NCBI GenBank assembly: GCA_946965045.2
Contig: OX337234.1
Coordinates: forward strand, 496,001 to 560,000
Length of the DNA: 64,000 bases
From: Epithemia pelagica
Lineage: Eukaryota; Protista; Bacillariophyta
Direction: 5' to 3'
Made by a program: the position numbers and the translations under genes. This document shows positions 21,970-32,565 of the stretch, piece after piece. Each line of letters opens with the position of its first letter. Positions within the stretch are counted from its first letter, which is position 1. Under the pieces are notes generated by a model. It did not search any database and had not been told where the DNA came from. It saw nothing but the letters and a program-made list of their open reading frames with translations.

Positions 21970-23128
21970 TTTCAAGAGGAAGTCGCTCTGCTGGAAAAGG
22001 ACCGACGGAACAGACACATCCGCCGACACACATTTCAAAAGACCGACTGTGCTGGAACCCAAACACAAACTATATAAAATCCCAAGACGAAGCCGCTCTG
22101 CTTGAACAGGACCGATGAAAAAGACACATGCGCCGACACTATTCAGTGCCCAGCAGTGTGCTGGAAAGGGGAATGGAATAATAAAACACGCAGGACAGTG
22201 CAAACACAACCATCCAACGTTTCTCCCTGTTACTTGGCAGTGCGACTCCAGACAATATACAAACATCTATAATCTATCCTTTGATTCTTGGCGACGTTGA
22301 GGATTCTTGGCAATGGATTCGCTCCATATCCAACGCTAGCTTTTGTTTCTCCACAGTGCCACAATTCTCCAAAGGCAACCTATACATTGCCAAGAAGAAG
22401 CCGCTCTTGAAACTAGAAAAGGACCAGCGGAAATGGCAAATGCACCGACACTTTTTCAGTGACCAGCCTTGCAGGAAAGGAGAATGGAATGAAACACAGG
22501 ACATTGCAGACACGACAATCCAACGTTTCTCCCAGTTCCTTGGCAGTGAGACTCGAGACAATCTACGAACATTTGATCTATCCTTTGATTCTTGGCGTCG
22601 TTTCGGATTTTTTGGCAATCATCCATCCACCAACTCTCCAAACGCAAACTACCTATCAAGTCCCACAGGATCCAACCAACTGCTGCCACCATGGAGTATC
22701 ATGAGGGTACAACCGTCTGTTCGTTGCCTCGAGAGGAACTGCCAGGCATCAACATGGTGGTGGAAGGAGGACGATGCCAGCAAATATACTATATCGTCGT
22801 CTCTATGATTTCGCTTGTCGCGCCGAAAAACCTCGACTGTCTGGTGCGGACTCAAACCAAATTTCTAGAGTTTTATTGTAAAAAGTACTGATAGAGCGCA
22901 AACCTCCATCCTCTCTCTCTCTTCCCTCTTCCGTTTATCCACATGGCCACAATGAAACAAACGCAAGCAAGTCTGAAGATTGAAAAGGACAAGCGGAAAA
23001 GACAAATGTGCTGACACTTTAAAGCGCCCAGCTTTGCTAGAAAGGACTGGAATGAAACACATGACACACTGTAGACTCCAACTTTCTCCAAGTATAGAGA
23101 CAATGACAGACAACAATCTATCCTCTGA
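21970..23128. repeat. Degenerate repeated blocks downstream of the PPR gene
   Basis: Recurring GAAGCCGCTCT..AAAAGGACC..GACAC and ATCTATCCTTTGATT blocks; related sequence in reverse complement after 62805. Confidence 0.6.
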
Positions 23129-26100
23129 TTAGCGCCGCACCTGCCGTCGTTTAGCATTTTTCGTAATGGATTCGATTCGTTCCAAATCCAACTTTAGCAA
23201 CTTGACATCTTTGAAGCGACTTGATTCAAACGCGCGACGCAATTTGCGCATCAGTCGAGGAACATCCATGTCTCGATCTTGCCAAAAGGAAGCCTCCTTC
23301 GATAAGAGCTCTCGAAAAAGATTACGAATCGCTTCCTCCCCCTCCTGAATCTGCATCGAACTCAAGCACGCAACCAGGACCTCAACATACAATAAGAGAT
23401 GGGGATCTAGTGATCGATCATTTTTCTCACGAAACAAACGTTTCAGCTCTTCCAGTAATTCAAGAGCCCTTTTCCCTGCTTCTTTTGATTTAGACTTGGC
23501 ATAGGCCGAGATCACAACTGAAAAGGAATGGCAGCTAGGAAAGCATTGAAATCTCCCTGTTGAAGCAAGGTCCATCATTTGTTGCAAGCCTCTGTGAGCC
23601 TTTTCGGCAGCATCGGAACGATTCGATCGGAGCCATGCTGTCAAAACCGCATTGAAAGCCTTGGTCTCTGGCATGTCATGAAAGGATTCCTCCTCACCAG
23701 CAGCAATCCAGTCATTCAGTGCCTCTGACGTCTTTTCGGGATTGCCTGCTTTGGACCAGGACTGGAGACGGACTGTGTAGGTTTCAGGTGCTGGTTTTAG
23801 GGCTTCGTTCCCAGAAGTGTATCCAACTTTCATCTCTTCAAACAATGCTTCCACTTTTTCGGGTCGTAAATGTCGCATCCAACCGGACATCAATGAGGTG
23901 TACATGCGAAAGTTTCGTTGTACTTCATCTTGTTCACATTCATGCAGCAGTCGTTCAGCTTGTTCCAGCATTTTTGGATCGCTTGACCATCCAAGACTCC
24001 ATATCACTGCATTGTAAGTATACTCTGTCGGCTTTGCAAACTTATCACCATCTCTCTCTTGCTTCTTCATCTTTTCAAATAGCTTCAATACAATCTCGCA
24101 TTTATCAGACTGTTTCGTTCTCGACAAAGCCAAGATCAACGAGGTGTAGCTAACAACATCTGGCTTGATGTTCTGTGATTCCATAAGATTGAACACACCC
24201 ATTGCTTTAACCGTTTGTCGAGAATCTTGAGACGAGGACCATGCATCAATCACAAGATTGAAATGACGATGGTCGATCACCGACGCATCCAAACTCTGTT
24301 CACGTACTCTTGTACAAAAGCTACGCAAAGCAATCTCAGCTTGATCCGGTTTGCCAGCCTTGCACCATGCCAAAATCTGATGGTAATAGCTATCGCCATC
24401 TGGTTTCAAAGCAGCATTGTCTTGGTTTTCCATCCATTCACATAAAGCTTCTGTCGACTGGGCTCCCTCGAATGTTCCCATTAATGCGTAACACTCCAAG
24501 AGTTTATTCAGCGTTGTTGTGGTGACCATTTCAGGAACATGGTTTTCTTCCCCATATTTGATTAGTCGCTGAATCCATTTAGATGTATACACAGCCGCGT
24601 CGGTATGTCCTGATTGTGCCCATGCGACGAGAACACCATCCCATACTCGCGACTCTTCGAGCTCTGCAAATGATATGTTTCCGATTTCCATTTCCTCAAA
24701 AATTTTGTTTGCAATCACTTCCGCGCGAAAAGTGTCTCCAACTTTGGCGAAGGCCCAGAGGAGGGCCGAGTAGCAAATCGCTGTTGGTCGCAAACCGTCA
24801 GCTCCCGTTTCGTGTGCAAGTTGTTTCATTTCATTGAACAATTTCTCCGCCTTATCTGGGTTTCCCAATTGCCCGTAAGCGGTAATCAGAGTGTTGAACA
24901 TATAACTGGTGGGCATCGGAGTTACGTTGTTTTTCTGAATAACTGCGTAGCACATATCGTTCAGGATTGTGTGAGCAGCCAAAACTGCTTCTTGAGACTT
25001 ACACTCCACCAAAGCATGACATACTCGGTTGTAGCTCCTAACGTCAAGTTCTTCTGAAGAACAGGTTTGTTTCATTTCGTCAAACAATTGCTGAATTCGT
25101 TTCAACGCCGCTCTTGATTCATTCAAGCGACTATGAGCTTCCATAACAGCACAGTATAGATGGGGGTCGGGTCTCTGGTCGTGACGATTGCTGTACTTAT
25201 ACCATTCTTTCAATGATATCAGATAGTCTTCTACACGGTCGATACTGCCCGGAAGCCAACTCTGGCCCCAAATGTCAACCATGTCATTGACAATGAATAC
25301 GTTTGGATGAAACGACATGTCATTCGGATCGCCTTTGCTTTTCTCAATCAACAGGTTGTAAATTTTGTCGGCCTCGTAAGGAGCATATTTTGGATCGTCG
25401 AGCCTGTTCATTGCACGCAGAATAATGGAGTATGATGTCGTGTTTGGCTTGAACAAACCCACATGAAAGTATCGATTAACTTTTGAAAGGATCGATTTTG
25501 TTCCAGAGAGACTGGAACGTTGCCTGAATTCCATTGCCCACCACGCGCACGTTGCTTCTTAGCATACAAGAGATTTGCCATGCTTGCTGTTCCACTTTTT
25601 GCTTTGATATGGTCAAGCCAAGGATCCAACGTATGATTCAACAAGTTTGTCTTCAACTCAGGTTTTCTATCGGAACTGTTTTGTTTGATCCATTCCATCT
25701 CTTCGGCGAGTCGATCTAGTACATCAAACATGTATTCCACTCGTTTTGGGACAGTGTCATCGGATAGTTGCGGGTTTGTCCGTAGTGCATTGAGAAGTTC
25801 TTGGGCTTCCATCCAGTGTTGCGAGTCGAAGGTTCCTGGTTCCATGGATAACAAGCGGTCTTTGGTAGAAATCCACGATTTGACGAAGCTGGAGTCATTT
25901 GAAACTCCCACTTTCCCTCCGACACCTTCTTGTTCATCATTTGTTGACAGGAAACGAATTGCTTCTCGATCGTGAAAATGAGGAGTGATCAACGATAACC
26001 AAGGTCGAGTAGGATTTCCCAGTAGACCGGATTTCATGCGCACATGTTGGAAAGTCCATTGCGGCCCAGATGTGACTCTTGTGATTCGTCTCAACGAACG

Positions 26101-26142
26101 AGACAAGAGATGCTTTGATGCCACATTCAATGTATTGACCAT
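23129..26142 (-). CDS. Pentatricopeptide-repeat (PPR-like) protein, probably organelle-targeted; 2 exons
   Basis: Repeated units such as TSYMFNTLITAYGQLGNPDKAEKLFNEM and PDVVSYTSLILALSR. The two ORFs join in frame through a 44-nt GTATGC..TTCAG intron (25524-25567). Arg/Ser-rich N-terminus from ATG 26142. Confidence 0.8.
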
Positions 26143-26446
26143 GTTGAAGAACCGAGATGTGAATGGGTAGTTGTCTCTACCACCGAACCATGTGCTCCCT
26201 CCGTGACCATGTGCGTGGACACGCTTCCAAACGCGGACGTCGTGGTGATTGCTTCGAAGGCTGTCATTGTCTCGTTCTCTGCAGCTGCAAGGAGGCGGAT
26301 GCAAAACAAATGGGGGGGAGTCTCTTGATCCACAGAAAGAGGGGGTTAAATGTGGGGGTAGCTACCGTCAGTCGGTGGGTTTGGGGGGGGGGAAGGTTTG
26401 TTGGCGTGAGAAATGAATCTTTGGTTTCCATAATACTCTGATTACG

Positions 26447-28057
26447 ATGACGACCTCGAACCATCACGAAATCACCACCAAACCTTGGTACGGCTCGTTG
26501 TGGAATTCTGCTGCCGCGCCCAGCACGATACCAGCAGCAGAGCCAAGGAGGAATACTGTCTCGCCGCTTCCTTTTCTCTCACGCGTCTTCTTGGTGGGTG
26601 TCGGATGGTGGATTCTTGTTGTGGTGATGGTGGTTGGTTCCGGCATGTATTATTCCTTGAATGACGGTTTCCATGCACGGAGCTTTTCCTTTTCGGCACG
26701 AAATAAAATTGTTCCAGGGAAGACGGTATGGAACAAGAACGACAACAACGACGACAACAACAAAGATGATAGTAGTTGGCTGCCCAATGTGGGAAATTAT
26801 TCTCTGCCCATTACGGTGGGCAACGGACCAGCAAATCTCAAAGTCCAACGACTCTTTGATACGGGTTTGATGCACTGCTATGGATTTGCGCAACGACAAG
26901 CGCAAGAAATGGCAAAGCAAGCACTGCACGATACGAATGCTAATGCAGCCGCAACATGTCCCATGTGTTTTTGGTTGGCTGCCATGGCACGAGCTCCCTT
27001 CCTCAATCATCCCATCTTGTCCAACGACACGTTCCGGGAGGCTCGCCATGTCGCACAACAAGCCGTACAAGCCGCAGCGCAGCATCGTGCCGTGTTGACG
27101 GCCAAAGAATCCGCATTGATTCACTCCTTGAGCGTACGATTTGACACTATCGAGAATCCTACGGCAGGTTACCAAGCCTATCGTGAGGCTCTGCGCAACG
27201 TCTTGCAACAACCACAATTGTGCAACGACACGGATCTCCTGGCATTTTATGCCGATTCGATCATGGTGTTGCATTGTGACGACAATGGATACCACTTTTA
27301 TCAAGACGACAATCGAACGCCACTGCCCGACATTGTCGAGGCCATGGACGTGTTGGAGCACTGCTTGGCTATGTCCTTTCATCCACTCTGCGCACACTTG
27401 TATATTCACGTGACGGAACCCAGTCTCCAGCCCGAACGAGCGTCGGCCGTTGCCCCAAAATTATCCAACTCGTTTGCTGATACCCAAGCCCAGCATTTGC
27501 AACACATGCCCTCGCACACAGCCTTAAGGGTTGGATCCTACCATCAAGCCGTACAAGCCAATGTACAGGCCCGTGCCTCGGACCAAGTCTGGATACAGCA
27601 CGATCAATGGCCATACGGGCCGGCCCATGACCTGGCCTTTTTGATTCACGCGGCCAGTTTATCGGGAGAACGAGACGTGGCCTATCACTATGCCGACCAA
27701 TTGCGACAGCACTATGCCGACCATCCCAATCAACCCGATGGACCCGGTCCCGAACAGGGATGGCATATTTGGCGCACAACGCGGTTGCGCTTTGGTGATT
27801 GGCAAGCCGTCCTGGACGATTCGGGTCACCACGAGCAAGCCATGGCACTCTTTGAACAGGATGCAACAACACTTGTCAAAGACAGTCGTTTTGCCTTGTA
27901 TGGGTTGTTACAGAGCATGAGAGCCTCGGGTCGTTCTTCGGCACCCGAGATTGCGGCTGTCGAAGCACGATATCAAGAGGCTTCCAAGTGGGCAAGACAA
28001 CAAGATGATCCACCCCAAACCGTTTGTCCTGCCTTTGAATCATGGTCCTTTCCATGA
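26447..28057 (+). CDS. Membrane-anchored TPR-like protein (HMPSH-motif family)
   Basis: Hydrophobic N-terminal segment; HPLCAHLYIHVTE, HLQHMPSHTALRVGSYHQAVQAN, YGPAHDLAFL resemble a bacterial/fungal TPR family (recognised by eye). Confidence 0.6.
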   Translation: MTTSNHHEITTKPWYGSLWNSAAAPSTIPAAEPRRNTVSPLPFLSRVFLVGVGWWILVVVMVVGSGMYYSLNDGFHARSFSFSARNKIVPGKTVWNKNDNNDDNNKDDSSWLPNVGNYSLPITVGNGPANLKVQRLFDTGLMHCYGFAQRQAQEMAKQALHDTNANAAATCPMCFWLAAMARAPFLNHPILSNDTFREARHVAQQAVQAAAQHRAVLTAKESALIHSLSVRFDTIENPTAGYQAYREALRNVLQQPQLCNDTDLLAFYADSIMVLHCDDNGYHFYQDDNRTPLPDIVEAMDVLEHCLAMSFHPLCAHLYIHVTEPSLQPERASAVAPKLSNSFADTQAQHLQHMPSHTALRVGSYHQAVQANVQARASDQVWIQHDQWPYGPAHDLAFLIHAASLSGERDVAYHYADQLRQHYADHPNQPDGPGPEQGWHIWRTTRLRFGDWQAVLDDSGHHEQAMALFEQDATTLVKDSRFALYGLLQSMRASGRSSAPEIAAVEARYQEASKWARQQDDPPQTVCPAFESWSFP

Positions 28058-28516
28058 AATTATAAATTCCGTTTGTGTGTAGAGGTGATGAAACGACTGG
28101 ATGATTCCGCAGGAATCCGTTCTACCTCCATTGAACGAGAGAGAGAGAGAGAGAGAGAGAGAAGCCAATTCCATGACTAAAGAAAAGGAGGAGAAAGAGG
28201 AGGTATATTCCATTCATCCGATCCATTGAATGCTCCTGTGAGTTGCTGCTGCTGTTTGTGGGATGTGCATAAGGAAAAGGAATGGGATATTTTTTACTCG
28301 AATGATAAAAAGATTGATTAAACGGGCCAAAGGACAGGACTACATGGATGTCGTTGTTGTCGTTGCTTTGTTGTCATTAACGTTTTTTCCGTGTAAAAAA
28401 GTCTGGCCTTCGAAGCACCTAGTTCACCTTAAAGTCCGAGTTTGGAAGTGCGTTCAACACACATGGCCAATGGAGCTGGTCGGGACAATTGCACATCCAT
28501 ATCTCGTTTCTTCACC

Positions 28517-30573
28517 ATGGTAAATACAATCAACGTAGTATCGAAGAGTCTGATGTCTCCTTCGCTGCGACGAATCCCAAGAGTCACATATCAACCGCAA
28601 CGGACGGTCCAACATGTGTGCAGGAATTCCTGTCTACTGGAAAAACCTACCCGACCTTGGTTATCGTTGATCACTCCTCGTTTTCAGTATCGAGAAGCAA
28701 TTCGTTTCCTGTCAACAAATGATGACCGAGGTGACCGAGGGAGAGTGGGAGTTTCAGATGGCTCTAGTTTCGTCGAATCGTGGATTTCTACCAAGAACCG
28801 CTTGATATCCATGGAACCAGGAACCTTCGACTCGCAAAACTGGATGGAAGCGCAAGAACTTCTCAATGCACTACGGACAAACCCGAAACTCTCCGATGAC
28901 GCTGTCCCAAAACGAGTAGAATATATGTTTCATGTACTAGATCGACTCGCCGAAGAAATGGAATGGAACAAACAAAACTGTTCAACAAACACAGACGACA
29001 GAAAACCTGAGTTGAAGACAAACTTGTTGAATCATACGTTGGAACTTTGGCTTGACCATATCAAAGTACGAACTGGAACAGCAAAGATGACAAATCTCCT
29101 GTATGCTAAGAAGCAACATGCGCGTGGAGGACAATGGGATAAAGGCAACGTTTCCGTCTCCCTTGGAACAAAATCGATCCTTTCAAGTGTTAATCGATCC
29201 TTTCATGTCGGTTTGTTAAAGCCAGACACGACATCATACTTCAGCAATTGTTTGACGAAATGAAACAAACATGTTCTTCAGGCGAACTTGATGTTAGAAT
29301 CTACAACCGAGTATGCCATGCTCTGGTCGGGTGCATGTCTCAAGAAGCGGTTTTGGCTGCTCACACAATCCTGAACGATATGTGCAACGCAGTTATTCAG
29401 AAAAACAACGTAACTCCGATGCCCACCAGTTATATGTTCAACACTCTGATTACCGCTTACGGGCAATTGGGAAACCCAGATAAGGCGGAGAAATTGTTCA
29501 ATGAAATGAAACAACTGGCATATGAAACGGGAGCGGACGGTTTACGACCAACAGCGATTAGCTACTCGGCCCTCGTCTGGGCCTTCGCCAAAGTTGGAGA
29601 CAGCTTTCAAACCGAAGTGATTGCAAATAAAATTTTGGAGGAACTGGAAATCGGAAATATATCATTTGCAGAGCTCGAGGAGACGGCAATATGGGATGGT
29701 GTTCTTGTGGCATGGGCACAATCAGGACATACCGACGCGACTGTCTATATATCTAAATGGATTCAGCGATTAATCAAATATGGGGAAGAACACCATGTTC
29801 CTGAGATGGTGACCACATCAACGCTGAATAAACTCTTGGAGTGTTACTCCTTAATGGGAACAGTCGAGGGAGCCGAGTCGACAGAAGCCTTGATTGAATG
29901 GATGAAAAACCAAGACAATGCTGCATTGAAACCAGATGGTGATAGCTATTACTGTCAGATTTTGGCATGGTGCAAGGCTGGCAAACCGGATCAAGCTGAG
30001 ATTGCTCTGCGTCGCTTTTGCAGAAGAGTACATGAACAGAGTTTGAATGGGTCGGCGATCGACCATCGTTATTTCAATATTGTGATTGATGCATGGTCTT
30101 CGTCTCAAGACTCTCGACAAGCGGAAAAGGCAATGAGTGTGTTCATTCTTATGGAATCACTGAACATGAAGCCGAATTTTGTTAGCTACAACTCGTTGAT
30201 CTTGGCTTTGTCGAGAACGAAACAGTCGGATAAATGCGAGAGTGTATTGAAGCTGTTCGAAAAGATGAAGAAGCAAGCGAGAGATGGTGATGAGTTTGCA
30301 AAGCCGACAGAGTATACTTACAATGCAGTGATATGGAGTCTTGGTTGGTCAAGTGAGTCAAAAAAGCTAGAGCAAGCTGAAGAATTGCTTCATAAATGTG
30401 AACAAGATGAAGTACAACGAAACTTTCGCATGTACACCTCATTGATGTCTGGTTGGATGCGACATGGACGACCTGAGAAAGTGGATGCATTGTTTGAAGA
30501 GATGAAAGATGGGTACATTTCCGGGAACGAAGCTCTGAAACCAACAGCTGAAACATACACAGTACGTCTCCAG
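28517..30573 (+). pseudogene. PPR paralog, 5' part (inverted copy of 23129-26142), frameshifted, internally deleted and interrupted
   Basis: Colinear with copy 1. One extra base after the intron gives an early stop; ~334 nt are missing relative to copy 1; similarity ends at ...CGTCTCCAG (RLQ). Confidence 0.85.
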
Positions 30574-31017
30574 GCCTCCCAGCGCATCGCGATGATCGAG
30601 GATCTCGACGGCGACGAAGCCGTCGGCGCCTACTGGGGCGAGGTCAACACCACAGTGCACAAGGGGCTTGGCGTTGACGGTGCCATCACCAACGGCCTGA
30701 TGCGTGACCTCGGTGACCTGGCGCCGGATTTCCAGGTGCTCGCGGCCGGCATCGGCCCCAGTCACGCCTTCGTGCACGTGGTCGAGATCGACGGCCCGGT
30801 CAGCCTGTTCGGCATGCGTGTGGAGCCCGGTGAGTTCCTCCATGCCGACCGCCACGGCGCCGTTGTCGTCCCCGACGACGTGTTGCCCGAACTGCCGCAG
30901 GCGATTGCCAGGATGCAGGCCAGCGAGCGGCTGATCCTGGAGCCGGCCCGCCAGCCCGGATTCGACTACGAGGCCTTCGAAGCGGCCTGGGCGGCCTTTG
31001 AAAAGGCACGGGTGTAA
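30574..31017 (+). pseudogene. Bacterial RraA/HMG-aldolase-family gene, 3' fragment
   Basis: Abrupt GC rise; AMIEDLDG..AVGAYWGEVNTTVHKGLGVDGAITNGLMRDL..GEFLHADRHGAVVVP. Confidence 0.8.
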
Positions 31018-31090
31018 TCGGGCCCTGGACATTGCAAAGCCGGCTTGTTGCTCAGACGGTTTTGCACGCTAATATTGGCCCTTCGTGCCC

Positions 31091-31800
31091 AACCTCTCGC
31101 GCTACACGCACCGTGTCGCCATCGCCAACTCGCGCCTCCTCGCCTTTGACCAGCACAGCGTGACCTTCAGATACAAGGACTACCGGGCCAAGGGCCGCTA
31201 CCGTCCCAAGACCATGCGGCTGGCCACCGGCGAGTTCATCCGCCGCTTCCTGCTCCACGTCCTGCCCAGCGGGCTACACCGCATCCGACACTACGGGCTC
31301 TTTGCCAATCACCTGCGCGCCGATAACCTCAACCGCGCCCGTGAGCTACTCGCCGTCAAGACAACTCCCGAAGAGGTAGCGCCCAGCGACGACGATCTCA
31401 ACACACCCACTTGTCCTAACTGCGGTGCACCCCTGATCGTCATCGAAACGCTTCTGCCCCGCTACCTGCCGCCGCCGCCGACCCCCTGTATGGGTGATCC
31501 ACCATGACCCCATCGCCTCACCGACAATCGAACTCTCCACACCGTTGGTCGACAACCGGCGACGAACTGATGTTGTCCTCCGACACCTCACCGGCTCCAA
31601 TCCGTCCAACCGAGCACCCGAGTGACGCGCTGGCGCCAACCACCAGCGCTCGGCAACACCTCAAAAACCTCATCAGCACCGTCTCCGATGCGCTGTCACT
31701 CGCTCCTATCCGACAACGCACTCATCAAATCCCCATAGCACACACCGATCATCAACCGCCGCGCCTCTCCCCCGCGCTTTCCTCCTTGTAGGCTTGTCAG
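31091..31800 (+). mobile_element. IS91-family transposase 3' fragment (to 31507) with downstream element end
   Basis: LSRYTHRVAIANSRL..VTFRYKDYR..EFIRRFLLHVLPSGLHRIRHYGLFAN and CPNCG, typical of the IS91 Y2 transposase C-terminus. Confidence 0.85.
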
Positions 31801-31967
31801 TCGCCTACCACCGATCGCCGTACCCGCCGCTCACCACCCCTGCGCCGGCAGGCGACTGACAACCCTGAAACGTAACGGACTTTTTGCAACTGGGGTGACG
31901 AGCGCTTTTGCTGCGCTGCGGCAGAGATTCTATCGGAAGTGGACGGCTGCAAATCGAACCAGCAAGG

Positions 31968-32445
31968 TTACCGGAGGAGTTCCAGGACCCTTCCGAACTC
32001 CTCGATTGCATTCATGCCCGCAGATTCCAGTGTGATCTGTATATGAGAGATACCCTCAGCGTGGTAAGACTTGAGCTCGGTAGCAATCTCTTCGGGTGTC
32101 CCAGTCAGGGGATCAGGCTCATCGTCGCCGGATCCTGACGCGGAGTCTCTGCTACCGACCAGCACGGTTGCGGTCCGTTCGAGAGTGTGCGGGTTGCGAC
32201 CGACTTCTAGACATGCCTCGTCCACCAGTCGACGCAAGTCCGGAATCGCGTTAGCACTGTTGTCAGTGTCGAACCAGTAAACATTCCAGAGGTCTGCGTA
32301 CCTGGCAGTCAGTCTAAGCATCTTTGGCCCAAGGCAGCCGATCAGAATCGGTGGGCCTCCGACGGTGGGACCACGGGGGCGCAACTCGCAATCACGCGCT
32401 TGATGGTAGACGCCCTCGAAATCTATCGCTCCGGCACGCAACATC
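31968..32445 (-). pseudogene. Bacterial LLM-class flavin-dependent oxidoreductase, 3' fragment
   Basis: FEGVYHQ..PRGPTVGGPPILIGCLGPKMLRLTARYADLWN..LTGTPEEIATELKSYHAEGISHI. Confidence 0.8.
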
Positions 32446-32565
32446 CCCACCGAAGAGAGCGCCGAGCTCGCGCTCAGAACGCAGCAGATCGTTGCCTATG
32501 AATCCGGCATCGCCAAGACGGTCGATCCCCTGGGCGGCAGCTATTACGTCGAATGGCTGACCGAG
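32446..32565 (+). pseudogene. 120-bp internal fragment of a bacterial methylmalonyl-CoA mutase-family gene
   Basis: Manual translation [40 protein letters not shown] matches the conserved ALRTQQ..DPLGGSY motif; not in the ORF track. Confidence 0.85.

Noticed and set aside
12727-28163. Microsatellites: (GTAGTG)n ~12727, (ACA)n ~14057 and ~17309, (GA)n ~28136
   Set aside because: Ordinary simple repeats
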